IMG/VR virus record: IMGVR_UViG_3300037751_000266 | Span: 1-59,066 of that record | DNA from: a virus | Taxonomy: Duplodnaviria > Caudoviricetes | Length of the DNA stretch: 59,066 nucleotides | Reading direction: 5' to 3' (one strand) | In this document: positions 35,733 to 46,514 of the stretch, in pieces | Layout of the letters: the number at the start of each line of letters is the position of its first letter | Position numbering within the stretch: position 1 is the first letter of the stretch | Notes under the pieces: model-generated | What the model was told of the DNA's origin: nothing | Database searches by the model: none | The model's input: the letters and a program-made list of their open reading frames with translations, nothing else | Program-made: the position numbers and the translations under genes

Positions 35733-37940
35733 ATGGAGCAAGTCTTGATCGAAGAAACAGAAGAAACAACGCAAGAAGACGAGCAAGACACCAGAAAGCG
35801 CCGCGCACTCATGGCCCTTGCCGACATCTGCATCAAAACCAGAGACGAAGCCGTTACGTATCGGCGCAACTCAGGTATTGAGCGACAGTGGGCCGAAGAC
35901 GAGAAGATATTTAAGGAAGGAACAGAAGTCTCCCCCGGCGGTGACAGTGTAACAGACTACGCTCAAGGTATCGGTAACAAGCAGCTGAACAAGCAAAACA
36001 CCCGCTCGTCTGTCGTTGTCAACATAATCCGTGGCCGGGCCGAAGTAGCCGAGGCCAGGTTTGCCGATATTCAACTTCCCACCGATGGAAGGAATTGGGG
36101 GATAGACATTACCCCGAACCCTGAACTTGACGAACAGCGCAAAGACGAACGACCAGCATTACAAAACGGCCAGCCGATAACCGACGAGCAGGGCAACAAA
36201 GCGCCAATGTCCGCAGTAGCCGCCGACAAGATAGAAAAAGCTCGAAAAGCCATGAAGTTAATGGAAATCGAGATTGACGATCAGCTTTCCGAATGTGACT
36301 ACAACGCCGAACAGCGCAAGCTAATCAAACAGGCTGTTCGGTTGGGTGCTGGAATAATCAAAGGCCCGAACGTTGCTAAAGCTGTAACCAAGAAATGGAT
36401 ACCGGAACAACAGGAAGATGGTTCGATTGCTCACGTTATGCAGATGGTGGAGAAACAAAAGCCGTCTAGCCGCTTTGTTGATTGCTGGAATGTATATTTC
36501 TCTCCCGGTACGACATCGAACATTCAAAAATCATGCGAATATGTCTGGGAAAAAGACACTATCCTGCCAAGAGATGTAATTGATCTGATCGGAGTCAAAG
36601 GTTATTTCGACGATCAATTAAAGTCCATCCTGCTCGAACCGCCGAAACGGACATCATGGGCCAACACTGGCCGTGACGGAGAAAAAGTTACAGAGGCCGA
36701 AGTCGGCAGCGCCTTTGAGATATGGCAGGGAGTAATTGACATCCCCCGCGAGCATCTGGAAGCTATCGGCTGCAACGTCAAGAATGATTTCCGCAAGCTC
36801 ACCGCCAATGTGGTGATGATAAATGACAGGCCCGTTCGGGTTGAGCTCAATACCCTTGATTCAGGCGGTATTCCTTACGATGTGTTCAGGTGGGCCGAGA
36901 TTGATATAAACTCTCCTTACGGTATCGGTATCCCCCGGAGGTTGTCTTGGTTGCACCGTATTTTAAAAGCTGCGTGGAGGGCAATGATGGACAATAGCGG
37001 CGAGTCTGCTAAGTCAACCATCGTCGCCAACAAGACCCTTCAGCCTGCACCGGGGCAGTTGTGGCAACTCGGTTCTGTCTTTATCAATAAAGACGACATG
37101 GAGGACGCACGAAAAGCCTTTCAGGTGTTCACCGTTCCCAATAACCAGCAACACTATCAAGCAATCATCGAGCTTGTTTTGCGCTTTGCCGACCTCGAAA
37201 CAGCGTTACCTACCATATTCCAAGGTGAGGCTCAAAAACTCCCAGATACCCTTGGTCAAACAAATATAGCAGTTGATTCAAGCAACGTAGGGTTAAGACA
37301 CCGCACGAAACATTACGACGACGACATCACCGACAAGCATATAACCCGCTACTACCACTACAACATGCAGTACTCCGATAAGCCGGAAATCAAAGGTGAT
37401 TTTAAAGTTATCAGTCGGGGCACTTCAGTCTTATTAGAGCGCGATCAGCAAGGCAGGGCGATTCTCGAAGTGTATGCTCTCAAGCAGGACCCACACTTTG
37501 ACCGAATCATCGACTGGAACAAGGCTGCTGAAATGGCCGTTAAGTCGAAACGCCTGGATATTCTCAAATCAGAAGACGCACTGGCGCAATACGATGAAGA
37601 GAAAAAGAAACAGCAGCCGCCCGAACCGCCCGAAGTGCAGCTTGCCAAACTGAAAGCGCAAGGCGAGTTAGAAAAAGAGAAGGTAAGGCAAGAAGCGATA
37701 ATGAAGGAATTGGAGTTTAAAGCACAGCAGGCTGAACTAGACCGCGCTCATGAAACTGAAATGAAAGCCATAGACTTCCAAATGAAGCAAATGGAGTACG
37801 CCGAGAAATCCGGCATGTCGCTTGATAAGTTAAAGGTTCAACTGGCATTAAGCGCTCAAGGTGGACCTACCCCACAAGTGGCAACTCCTCCAACAGAGCC
37901 CATCGGCAAGGCCAGGAAGGGTCATGCGTATGCGGAGTAA
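35733..37940 (+). CDS. Portal protein
   Basis: 735 aa after TerL; GAGIIKGP, PYGIGIP, helical coiled C-terminal barrel. Confidence 0.85.
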   Translation: MEQVLIEETEETTQEDEQDTRKRRALMALADICIKTRDEAVTYRRNSGIERQWAEDEKIFKEGTEVSPGGDSVTDYAQGIGNKQLNKQNTRSSVVVNIIRGRAEVAEARFADIQLPTDGRNWGIDITPNPELDEQRKDERPALQNGQPITDEQGNKAPMSAVAADKIEKARKAMKLMEIEIDDQLSECDYNAEQRKLIKQAVRLGAGIIKGPNVAKAVTKKWIPEQQEDGSIAHVMQMVEKQKPSSRFVDCWNVYFSPGTTSNIQKSCEYVWEKDTILPRDVIDLIGVKGYFDDQLKSILLEPPKRTSWANTGRDGEKVTEAEVGSAFEIWQGVIDIPREHLEAIGCNVKNDFRKLTANVVMINDRPVRVELNTLDSGGIPYDVFRWAEIDINSPYGIGIPRRLSWLHRILKAAWRAMMDNSGESAKSTIVANKTLQPAPGQLWQLGSVFINKDDMEDARKAFQVFTVPNNQQHYQAIIELVLRFADLETALPTIFQGEAQKLPDTLGQTNIAVDSSNVGLRHRTKHYDDDITDKHITRYYHYNMQYSDKPEIKGDFKVISRGTSVLLERDQQGRAILEVYALKQDPHFDRIIDWNKAAEMAVKSKRLDILKSEDALAQYDEEKKKQQPPEPPEVQLAKLKAQGELEKEKVRQEAIMKELEFKAQQAELDRAHETEMKAIDFQMKQMEYAEKSGMSLDKLKVQLALSAQGGPTPQVATPPTEPIGKARKGHAYAE

Positions 37941-37943
37941 TCA

Positions 37944-38246
37944 ATGAAATGGTTCACTAAAAAAGAAAAGAACCTTCCTTTCGAAGCAAAGCTGAAACAG
38001 GAAGGAGACGATGCCGAGCTGGATATCTATTCAAAGACTTGGCGATATATAGAAAAATGGCAGCAAGAACAGATAACCGCCGAACGCGAGAAAAACGACG
38101 CACTACGCCGGGATGCTGTGGAAACTGCATTTATAAGAGGAAAGATTCAAGCTTTAAAGGATCTTGAAGAACTTGGCCGGGAAGCGTCCCGCCCTAAAGA
38201 TACCCGCCTAAACGCCGGGGAAGAGGAAAGCACATGGAAGATTTGA
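37944..38246 (+). CDS. Small head-module protein
   Basis: Between portal and scaffold; TAFIRGKIQALKDL. Confidence 0.7.
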   Translation: MKWFTKKEKNLPFEAKLKQEGDDAELDIYSKTWRYIEKWQQEQITAEREKNDALRRDAVETAFIRGKIQALKDLEELGREASRPKDTRLNAGEEESTWKI

Positions 38247-39058
38247 CAGACGAAGAGTATCGAGCACAGGCAGCACAGAACATCTGGGGTGGCAAGACTG
38301 AGTTGTTTGAGACACCCACAGAAAAGCCGGTTGAACTTGAGCCAGAGGTTGAAAAACCAGTTGAAGTCGATAAACCCGCCGAGGTCGAGATTGACCCCGC
38401 CGTTAAAGCTTACATCGAATCACAACTTGGCGAAGTGAACAACCTTAAGTATCGGCTAAGTCAGGCCGAGAAAAGAGTTGGGTCATTGCAGAACGATATC
38501 CAGAACAGGAAAAAACCTGAACCGCCACCGGAGATAAAGCCGGAGCCGGTTAAGAACGCCAAGTGGGAAAAGCTCAGAGCCGAGTACCCCGAGGACGAAG
38601 ATAAGTTCAACGTAATGGAAGAAGTCTTTTCAGAGGCAAGCAATATTGATATCCCCGATGTGGCAAAGATCAGGGCCGAACTGGAAACTGATTTTACTAC
38701 CAAACTGAGTGAGGTCCAGAAGACTTTCGAACTGAAGCTGCTCAAGAGTCACCACAAGAATTGGGAGTCAATTGTTGCCGAGCCTGAATACAACACCTGG
38801 ATAGTTTCACAGCCACCGGAAATTCAGGACAAGGCTTTTAACTCCAACGATGCTTTGGATGCTGTTGAGGTAATCGATCAATATCTGCTGTCAAAAAAGC
38901 CGAAAGAAAAACCAGCAATCGAAAAAGAACGATCAGAAAGACTGGAACGAGCCACCGAGCCACCACGGAGCGGGGTCAACCAAAAAACCAAAACAATCGC
39001 CGATATGACCGACGAAGAATACCGGAAAGTAGCGGCGGCCAAAATATTCAAGAGGTAG
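38234..39058 (+). CDS. Capsid scaffolding protein
   Basis: Acidic coiled-coil, E/P/K-rich, precedes capsid; TDEEYR motif at both ends. Confidence 0.75.
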   Translation: MEDLTDEEYRAQAAQNIWGGKTELFETPTEKPVELEPEVEKPVEVDKPAEVEIDPAVKAYIESQLGEVNNLKYRLSQAEKRVGSLQNDIQNRKKPEPPPEIKPEPVKNAKWEKLRAEYPEDEDKFNVMEEVFSEASNIDIPDVAKIRAELETDFTTKLSEVQKTFELKLLKSHHKNWESIVAEPEYNTWIVSQPPEIQDKAFNSNDALDAVEVIDQYLLSKKPKEKPAIEKERSERLERATEPPRSGVNQKTKTIADMTDEEYRKVAAAKIFKR

Positions 39059-39061
39059 CAA

Positions 39062-40093
39062 ATGCAAAATTATAGCACCGTTGCATCACGTAATCTAATC
39101 GATGCAGAAATGAAAATGCTCGCCCACGCTGAGACTGAATCAGTCCTCGGTATGTTTGGCGATCACAAATCCCAACCACAGCGCAAGACCGACACTCGCG
39201 TTTTTAGACGATTGAACCCGTTTAATATGAATGCAGTCGGCGCACCGAATATCAACCCCAATGCCTTTATCACCGCAGAGGGAACCACCCCGACCGCTAA
39301 CACTATCAGTTATACCGATGTGTCGGTAACGCTCAACCATTACTCCGTATTATTCAAGTTCTCCGATAAGTCCGAGTTGATGTACGAGGATGATATCCCT
39401 TCAGATATGGCAATTTCTACAGGCGAAACCATTGCCGAGATTGCCGAGCTGGTTGCCTACGGTCAGTTAAAAGCTGGCAGTTCTGTCAACTACTCAAATG
39501 GCACTACCCGCGTTGGATTGAACAGCGTTATGAGCCTTAATACCCTTGACCTGGCCGCGCGTGGACTATATAACGCGAGAGCCAAGCGGGTCACTAAGAC
39601 TATCGCAGCAGGTCCCAACTTTGACACTGCACCTGTAGAGCCGGGGTATGTGATCTTTGTTTCAACAGATCTTAAATCCGATGTGCAAAAGATTGACGGA
39701 TTTGTCAAACGGGTTGAGTATGGTTCTGCAATTTCACCAGTTCACCCTAACGAGTTCGGCGCAGTCAATGAGTATCGGTTTGTATCATCTTCTTTGTTCA
39801 CCCCAGTACTTGCCGCCGGTGCCGCTGATAACGGCACTATGGTCAGTGCCGGTGGAGCGAACAATGATGTTTACACCTCTGTCATTATCGGACAGGACGC
39901 AATCGGACATATCTCTCTCAAAGGAAAAGGGTATTCGGGGATCAAACCGACAATCATTTCCAGCCAGACCGCGAACCACGCGAATCCTGGCCGGTCGCAT
40001 GGTTTTGTTGGGGCAGATTTCTACTATAATGCGATTCGTCTTAATGATAATTTCATGTCGCGCGTCGAGTCATGTGCTTCTTCTCTCGCATAG
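39062..40093 (+). CDS. Major capsid protein, N4-gp56-like family
   Basis: VFRRLNPF...EGTTPTA...DVSVTL, FVKRVEYGS...HPNEFGAV..YRFV, ANPGR..GFVGADFY. Confidence 0.9.
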   Translation: MQNYSTVASRNLIDAEMKMLAHAETESVLGMFGDHKSQPQRKTDTRVFRRLNPFNMNAVGAPNINPNAFITAEGTTPTANTISYTDVSVTLNHYSVLFKFSDKSELMYEDDIPSDMAISTGETIAEIAELVAYGQLKAGSSVNYSNGTTRVGLNSVMSLNTLDLAARGLYNARAKRVTKTIAAGPNFDTAPVEPGYVIFVSTDLKSDVQKIDGFVKRVEYGSAISPVHPNEFGAVNEYRFVSSSLFTPVLAAGAADNGTMVSAGGANNDVYTSVIIGQDAIGHISLKGKGYSGIKPTIISSQTANHANPGRSHGFVGADFYYNAIRLNDNFMSRVESCASSLA

Positions 40094-40140
40094 TCAAATA
40101 ACAAATAAAGCGCTCAAAGTATCGAGCGCATAGGTGAACC

Positions 40141-40404
40141 ATGGGAATTAAAACAGCAACAGCGGCCATGCAGGGCGCACAGAACAAAAAAACCACAAGG
40201 CAACTGCTTGAAGCAACGAGGTCAGACCTTGCCACGCTTCGAGCGGTGGTAATCCAGTTAGTCACCGATAATGCCAATCGAATAGCTAATCATAATACAT
40301 TGATTGCCAAACTCAATCTCGATGCAGGCGTTACCGATGAAGATTATGCAGCAGGAACGGAAGCAGTTTCTTCCAATCCGGCGGCACTCACACTTGAACC
40401 ATAA
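40141..40404 (+). CDS. Head fibre/decoration-like protein
   Basis: Follows capsid; NTLIAKLNLDAGV coiled motif. Confidence 0.6.
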   Translation: MGIKTATAAMQGAQNKKTTRQLLEATRSDLATLRAVVIQLVTDNANRIANHNTLIAKLNLDAGVTDEDYAAGTEAVSSNPAALTLEP

Positions 40405-40414
40405 GAGGTATTAA

Positions 40415-40888
40415 ATGAATTTAAATAACGATCCACGCGGTTTGACTGCTTGCCTTTGCAAAGCCGGTCTTGCTCTCGGAGACGGCGCGAAAACCGGAAC
40501 CGCTACCGCTGCACCAAACGGCGCAGGGGTAGACTATTGTATTAAAGGTATTGTTTATCATCTGGCCGATGCAGCCGATAATATTCCTTTAACCGCAGCA
40601 CCAGCACAAGGGTTGCTTACATCTTGCCTGTATGCGATTTGCATAGATGCAGATGGGACCAGACTGAGCGTCCAGGGTAATCCTGTTTTAACTGCCGACA
40701 TGGTAGCTGGCGCAGCCGTGCTTGATTGGCCGCTTGCACCTGCCGATTATTGTGTTCTCGGTTATGTCCGAGTCGATACCGCATCAACCGCTAACTTTAC
40801 GCCAGGCACCACGGCACTCGACGCGGCCAACGTCACAGAAACTTATATCGATGTGTTCACTCCACCGATTGAACCCTTATTGGTATAG
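40415..40888 (+). CDS. Capsid decoration-like protein
   Basis: Ala/Gly/Thr-rich; FTPGTTALDAANVT. Confidence 0.6.
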   Translation: MNLNNDPRGLTACLCKAGLALGDGAKTGTATAAPNGAGVDYCIKGIVYHLADAADNIPLTAAPAQGLLTSCLYAICIDADGTRLSVQGNPVLTADMVAGAAVLDWPLAPADYCVLGYVRVDTASTANFTPGTTALDAANVTETYIDVFTPPIEPLLV

Positions 40889-40908
40889 GTCAGACAGATA
40901 ATTCAGAC

Positions 40909-40928
40909 AGGGGGAGCAATCCCCCTTT
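40909..40928 (+). terminator. Hairpin with GNRA loop after the head genes
   Basis: AGGGGGA-GCAA-TCCCCCT-TT. Confidence 0.6.
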
Positions 40929-40937
40929 GAGGTAAAC

Positions 40938-41366
40938 ATGGGAAGAGAAACAATAGCAAATAGCGTAGGCCAGGATAAGGCAAAGACATTGCCTGAAATT
41001 GGCGCAAACGGGCCGATTGAGAAAGTCGTTGAAGGTGATATTGATCTGTCGGCCTTTATGGAACAACTTCTTACTATTCGGGTAGCGCACGACAAAACCC
41101 CCGGCTCCCTGCCAACTATAGCACCATCAGTACAATCGGTTCGGCAAAACATAATCAGGGGCATCAATCAGGATGTAAAACGCAAATACGTTGAAGCAAT
41201 GGCCCGATCCAGGGTCACTGATTACGAACAGTTGGTGCAGAACCCAATGGACCCCTCAAATATCCAGATGATTCCTACCACGACGCTGACCGCTGATTTT
41301 GTGGTTATACGTGACCCACATCCGCATGGGCGCGAATGGCTCCAACAGATACTTGACCAGCCATGA
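40938..41366 (+). CDS. Conserved structural-module protein
   Basis: IIRG....VKRKYVEAMAR...F.VIRDPHPHGREWL. Confidence 0.7.
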   Translation: MGRETIANSVGQDKAKTLPEIGANGPIEKVVEGDIDLSAFMEQLLTIRVAHDKTPGSLPTIAPSVQSVRQNIIRGINQDVKRKYVEAMARSRVTDYEQLVQNPMDPSNIQMIPTTTLTADFVVIRDPHPHGREWLQQILDQP

Positions 41367-42031
41367 ACCGATTGCAGCTTGCCAAAAAGATAGCCTTTCA
41401 TTCCGGCATGTCTGACAGCGGCCCTGTTTCCACGGTCAATGTGTCCGGCGAAGAGGCTAAGATAATCGACTGGCTCGATATGTCGTACCGTGACATTCTC
41501 GCCTTACATGATGACTGGCGTTTCCTGTATGGTGACTTTACCTTCCTGACCACTATCGGCAAATCAGAATATACCCCGGCTGAAGCGGGTCAGTCCGATT
41601 TTAAAAACTGGATCACCGAAGATGTCCGGTGGTGGAGAGAATTACCCAACGAACACGACCTCATCTTTACCGAATGGGAAATATTTAAACGGGTGAATCT
41701 GTTCGGCAGTGCCAGGACTCAAACAGGCCAACCGTGTGAATTCACCGTTAAGCCAGACAGGAGTATTGTTGTTTGGCCGATTCCAGATGATACATACACG
41801 ATTTACGGCAACAAGTACAAGAAGGGTCTTGATCTCACGGCAGACGACAGTGAGCCGATTTTCGACAGTGATTATCACTGGCTGATAGTCTGGCGAGCAA
41901 TCGTTTATTACGGGGCTGACTATGTGGAGGCTGATAAGTTCGCCTTTGCCGCCGGGGAGTACAAAAGAATAAAAGGCAATATGGAATACAACGAACTTCC
42001 AACACTACAGCGTGGAGCGCCTTTGTGCTGA
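41363..42031 (+). CDS. Head-tail adaptor protein
   Basis: H.DWRFL, G.P..FT, WPIPDDTYTI, DSEPIF..YHWLIVWRA; position. Confidence 0.8.
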   Translation: MNRLQLAKKIAFHSGMSDSGPVSTVNVSGEEAKIIDWLDMSYRDILALHDDWRFLYGDFTFLTTIGKSEYTPAEAGQSDFKNWITEDVRWWRELPNEHDLIFTEWEIFKRVNLFGSARTQTGQPCEFTVKPDRSIVVWPIPDDTYTIYGNKYKKGLDLTADDSEPIFDSDYHWLIVWRAIVYYGADYVEADKFAFAAGEYKRIKGNMEYNELPTLQRGAPLC

Positions 42032-44181
42032 AACTGCCTAGAATCACAATGCACACTGAAAAGATTTCGTTTCAAGGCGGGTTAGATACCGAGACCCCGG
42101 AAATGGAATCTATCTCAGGCCGGGTTCGTGATTCGGAGAATTTGTATCAAGAGGTGAACGGCGGGTATTCAACGATAAACGGATATGAGGCATTCAGCGG
42201 GTTGCCTGCACCATCGTCGGCTTATTATATAGTCCTCCCGGCGATAGTCAACAGTACCGTTAATGTCGGTGATTTGATAACCAATATCGACGGCAACGTG
42301 TATGCCACAATAGCCGGAATGGACACTGAACTTCTCATCCTCGTTGATACGTTCGGTGTTTTCAAAGAATACGCCCCCGATATTGGTTCGTATCTGGTCG
42401 ACGGGACAGATAGTATTATTGATGGCGAGTCCGATTTACAAGACGGTGAGCCAGGGGAAGACGGAGCTTTGTATGTAAATGGAGAACCGGTCGGCGTTTG
42501 TATCGGACTCGCGAGAACAGTCGGCAGTGCAGACACGCCGGAACTGGACGCAATTTATAAAAATATGGCCGAGGATATTTACCGCAGCCGTATTGAGGCA
42601 GTGCCAGGCTCCGGACCTATCAGGGGCATTTGGCTGTTTGACGATGTCTGGTATGCGTTCAGGGATAACGAGGACGGAAACGCCGGGGTGATGTACAGCC
42701 ATTCTGTCACTGGATGGGTGCCGGTTGATTTAGGCAAGGAGTTAATATTTACTTCAGGTAGTTTCGAGCCTTTGGAAGATTCTACAATAGTCGGGGCGAC
42801 AAGTGGCGCGTCGGCCAAAATAGCCAGAGTTGTTTTGGAAGATGGTAATTTTTTGGCAGGGACGGCAGAAGGTAGATTCATTCTCAAAGAGCAAACAGGC
42901 AGTTTTGCAGCAGAGACACTAAATCTTGGCTCGGCAATAAACATTGCAGATATAGCCGGAAATAGTCTGAACATAGCCTTTGATCTGCCGGCCGGCCGGT
43001 TTGATTTTGACAATTCCAACTTTACCGGCAGCACCTCAACCAAACGAATGTACGGAGTCGATGGTAAAAACAGGGGCTTCGAGTTTGACGGTACGACTTT
43101 TGTGCCAATAAATACATGGATGATTCCCGACGCGCCAGATCATGTTGTTGAACACACCTATTCGCTGTTCTATTCATTCGGTCCTTCGGTGCAGGTATCG
43201 GCAATCGGCTTTCCATATAAGTTTTCGCCTACCGCCGGGGGAGAGGATGAGATAGCACTTGGTGACGATATAACGGGATTCGTGCCGCAAATAGGTAACG
43301 ATTCAGGAAACGCTTTGGCAATCTTCACTAGGAATTCTTTCGGTGTTTTGTACGGCACATCAAAAGACGACCGGGTCTTGGTCCATCAGCGAAAAAGTAA
43401 AGCCGGGGCAATCGATTGGACCCCGCAGATTTTAGGCAACACCTTTTCCCTCGATGATCGGGGAGTGACCAAGCTAAGCACCACCCAAAGCTACGGCAAC
43501 TTTGCCGACGCCACAGTTAGCCAGAATATTCATAGTTGGCTAACCACTAAGAAAACACAAGTCGTTGCTTCATGTATCGTCAGGGAGAAAAATCAATACT
43601 GGATCTTCTTTGCCGATAAAACTGCCTTATGTGCCACAATCAAAAACGGTGAGATTGCCGCTTTCATGCCTATGCGATTAGCGCATCAAGTGTCATGTGT
43701 CTGTTCCATAGAAGACTCAACCGGCAAAGAGGTAATCATGTTCGGTTGCGACGATGGGTTTGTCCGGCAGATGAACAAGGGCTTAAGTTTTGACGGTGAA
43801 AACATAGATTGGTTTGCCGACTTCACTTTTGATAATTTCGGCAGCCCGACCATAAAAAAGAAATTCCACAAACTGACAGTAGAGGCCAAAGGCACAGGGT
43901 ATTCTAAATTCTATTCATCATACGAACTGTCCTACGGTGATGCTAACGTTATCCAACCCACCGAAACAACCAAAGAACTGACGTTCGCTGTCGGCAGTTG
44001 GGACAATGGAAATTGGGATGTGGGTATATGGGACGGTAAAACACTCACACCAAGTTATTTTAAATTATACGGAACCGGGGAGAATATATCTTTGAAACTA
44101 TCAGGGTCAAGCGACTATTGCAGTCAGTTAAAAATGTCAGGGGCTTTGGTACAATTTAAAGCGACAAGGGAAATGAGATGA
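42025..44181 (+). CDS. Tail nozzle/stabilisation protein (P22 gp10/T7 tubular B-like)
   Basis: FQGGLD N-terminus, beta-propeller-like body, follows adaptor. Confidence 0.75.
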   Translation: MLKLPRITMHTEKISFQGGLDTETPEMESISGRVRDSENLYQEVNGGYSTINGYEAFSGLPAPSSAYYIVLPAIVNSTVNVGDLITNIDGNVYATIAGMDTELLILVDTFGVFKEYAPDIGSYLVDGTDSIIDGESDLQDGEPGEDGALYVNGEPVGVCIGLARTVGSADTPELDAIYKNMAEDIYRSRIEAVPGSGPIRGIWLFDDVWYAFRDNEDGNAGVMYSHSVTGWVPVDLGKELIFTSGSFEPLEDSTIVGATSGASAKIARVVLEDGNFLAGTAEGRFILKEQTGSFAAETLNLGSAINIADIAGNSLNIAFDLPAGRFDFDNSNFTGSTSTKRMYGVDGKNRGFEFDGTTFVPINTWMIPDAPDHVVEHTYSLFYSFGPSVQVSAIGFPYKFSPTAGGEDEIALGDDITGFVPQIGNDSGNALAIFTRNSFGVLYGTSKDDRVLVHQRKSKAGAIDWTPQILGNTFSLDDRGVTKLSTTQSYGNFADATVSQNIHSWLTTKKTQVVASCIVREKNQYWIFFADKTALCATIKNGEIAAFMPMRLAHQVSCVCSIEDSTGKEVIMFGCDDGFVRQMNKGLSFDGENIDWFADFTFDNFGSPTIKKKFHKLTVEAKGTGYSKFYSSYELSYGDANVIQPTETTKELTFAVGSWDNGNWDVGIWDGKTLTPSYFKLYGTGENISLKLSGSSDYCSQLKMSGALVQFKATREMR

Positions 44182-45164
44182 ACAATTATTATACTCCAAC
44201 AGGTGTTCCGTCAACTGATTCTAAATTAAATTCTTCACTTGTCCGCAACGAGTTTTCAGTCATTGGACAGGCGTTTGACAAGATGCCAGTTTTAGACAGT
44301 AGCGGAAATCTGCCTGTTTTTGTCAATCCGGCTGGGTCTAAACTGGAAGTCCGAACCGCAGAAGAGGCGCTTGCCTTGTTGGGAGCCGTAGGGTTGTCGG
44401 AAAACAAGGTGCAGTTTCCCAACGAGGCCGGTTCGATAGTTTCACAGCTGTCGAACATCAATACCTCAGAGCGCGAGTACACATACCAGGACAGATCCGG
44501 AACTATCGCACTGCGTAGTGACATCCCGGTCGGCACGGTTTCGATGTTCATCGGCGGGTATTATACCGATGCGGATAACGGCGGGTTTGTCGGGGTAACA
44601 ACCACCGCGGCGGCCTTTAACGCTTTGTATAACGATATTGGCTTATATGCTGCCAACGGCGCGGCGTTGAATCATCCGCTTTCGCCTTACTGGAATGCAG
44701 CAAACAGATACTTGCCCAAAATAGACGATGACCGCTTTTTCATGGGGTCAAATTCGTGTGGCGCTGTTGGTGGATCGAACACCGATACTCACGTTCACGA
44801 TGTAGCCCATACCCACGCTAACATTCACACTCATTATATAGACCACGTACACTCCACTGGAAATTTCGCACTGACCGAGGCGCACAACGGGCCGCATCAG
44901 CACACATATGTAATGAAAACTACCGTTGGCGGCAGTTCGGCTGGTGGTGACGCTCAAAGTATAGGGTTAGGTAATTACGCCACTAGTGTTTCTGGCAGTG
45001 GTGTTCCCCACAACCACGGCAACACCGGAACCTCAACAGCGCCAACCAGCGGAGGTGCGTCAGCCAACAGCGGAGCGGCATCAATTACAAATAGCGGAGT
45101 GACAAGTGTTTCCGATAAAAGGCCATTGTTTATTAAAGGCATTGCATACGTAAAGGCATGGTAA
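44178..45164 (+). CDS. Short tail fibre with His-x-His tip
   Basis: Collar-like IPVGTVSMF...YLPKIDDDRFFMG; HVH, HTH, HQH, HNH motifs; RPLFI...YVKAW end. Confidence 0.75.
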   Translation: MNNYYTPTGVPSTDSKLNSSLVRNEFSVIGQAFDKMPVLDSSGNLPVFVNPAGSKLEVRTAEEALALLGAVGLSENKVQFPNEAGSIVSQLSNINTSEREYTYQDRSGTIALRSDIPVGTVSMFIGGYYTDADNGGFVGVTTTAAAFNALYNDIGLYAANGAALNHPLSPYWNAANRYLPKIDDDRFFMGSNSCGAVGGSNTDTHVHDVAHTHANIHTHYIDHVHSTGNFALTEAHNGPHQHTYVMKTTVGGSSAGGDAQSIGLGNYATSVSGSGVPHNHGNTGTSTAPTSGGASANSGAASITNSGVTSVSDKRPLFIKGIAYVKAW

Positions 45165-45421
45165 TGTACACGATAAAATTCAAAGCTCCAGGATGGTTAT
45201 TTGCCAAGAAAGTAAAAAACGTCACAAGCCACTGGTTAGACGATATGGCCTCGCAGGAACAGCGGTCTAAAGAAGGATATGTTTTCGGAACTCCTGTTTA
45301 TTGGGGAGTCAGGACCAAGGATGATAATATCAAATGGATTCCCCTTGGCTGGTTTTTTGAAACAATGCCGGACTATGCCGCGCAAGAGCAAAAAAGGATT
45401 AATGAAATGGTGAACCGATGA
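45158..45421 (+). CDS. Hypothetical protein
   Basis: Coupled to fibre gene. Confidence 0.55.
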   Translation: MVMYTIKFKAPGWLFAKKVKNVTSHWLDDMASQEQRSKEGYVFGTPVYWGVRTKDDNIKWIPLGWFFETMPDYAAQEQKRINEMVNR

Positions 45422-46173
45422 CCCTCAACTACGATCCATTGCAGCCGGTATACGCCGAGGCTACTAAATATCAAGCGCCGACCGTGGCAAATCCTGAAGC
45501 TATTCTCGGCCAGACCAAAGACGCTGAAAGCTATATCGATCCATCCAAGGCCACGGTAGAAGGAAGAGCCACAGGATTATTAGCGAGTGGCAACCCTCTG
45601 TTGCAGCAGGCGCAACAACAGACAACAAGAACCGGAAACGCAAGGGGCCTGCTTAATACTAGAGGAACGGCACAGGCCGGAACAGAGGCTATGATAGGCA
45701 AAGCGATACAGATAGCCTCACCTGACGCTGAAACATATGCTCATTTCGGGAAAGCTAATCAGGCTGTCGAAAACCAGGGATTAATCAATAACCAAGTAGC
45801 CTCATTACAGAACCAGCAGAAACAAAACGACGCTGTTATAACCGGGGCGCAGGCTGAACAGAACTACGGCAATACTCAGAAATTGTCACAAGCGACTCAG
45901 TATCTACAGGCCGAGATAGCAAAGGACTACAAAAAATTCGCCTTCGACTTTGATAAGCAGTTGGTTGATTTGGGAATAGAGGCATCAGAGCGAAAATCAG
46001 CCGGTGATGCTATATCGGCGCAAACAAATACTATGATGTCAATAATGGGTAGCCTGCTAAACAATACAGATATTGTGATGAGCGAAGAGGTTACTACGTG
46101 GGTGTCAGATTTTCTCTACAAAGGATGGGCTACCACAGCGTCGCTATATAATCTCGAAATCGAGGTGGTTTAA
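45418..46173 (+). CDS. Putative ejection/internal virion protein
   Basis: Q/A/N-rich helical; NARGLLN motif. Confidence 0.65.
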   Translation: MTLNYDPLQPVYAEATKYQAPTVANPEAILGQTKDAESYIDPSKATVEGRATGLLASGNPLLQQAQQQTTRTGNARGLLNTRGTAQAGTEAMIGKAIQIASPDAETYAHFGKANQAVENQGLINNQVASLQNQQKQNDAVITGAQAEQNYGNTQKLSQATQYLQAEIAKDYKKFAFDFDKQLVDLGIEASERKSAGDAISAQTNTMMSIMGSLLNNTDIVMSEEVTTWVSDFLYKGWATTASLYNLEIEVV

Positions 46174-46514
46174 TGAGTTTTGACGTGAACGATTACAGTT
46201 TCTACGATGAAAGTGAATGGGACAACTCGTTTGATGTCTCTTTTGACTTACCAGGAACAACCAACACCCCTGCGGATACGGACTGGTGGGGCAAGGTGAG
46301 CAGTGCAATAAACACCCCTGTCGGTTCAGGTCTTATTGTAGGGGCAGCTCAAGGGGCTTTAGGCTACATGAGCGACAAGGCCAACCGGAAAGCCTATGAA
46401 AAATCAGCAAACCGAACAACCGACGAACAGCGCCGAATAAGGGACGAGCATAACAAATCTATCTCGGTGCCATTCACTGGAGCAAAGAGAGCGAAATATC
46501 ATGGGAATCCTTAA
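46173..46514 (+). CDS. Putative internal virion protein
   Basis: Gly/Ala hydrophobic segment, coupled starts. Confidence 0.6.
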   Translation: MSFDVNDYSFYDESEWDNSFDVSFDLPGTTNTPADTDWWGKVSSAINTPVGSGLIVGAAQGALGYMSDKANRKAYEKSANRTTDEQRRIRDEHNKSISVPFTGAKRAKYHGNP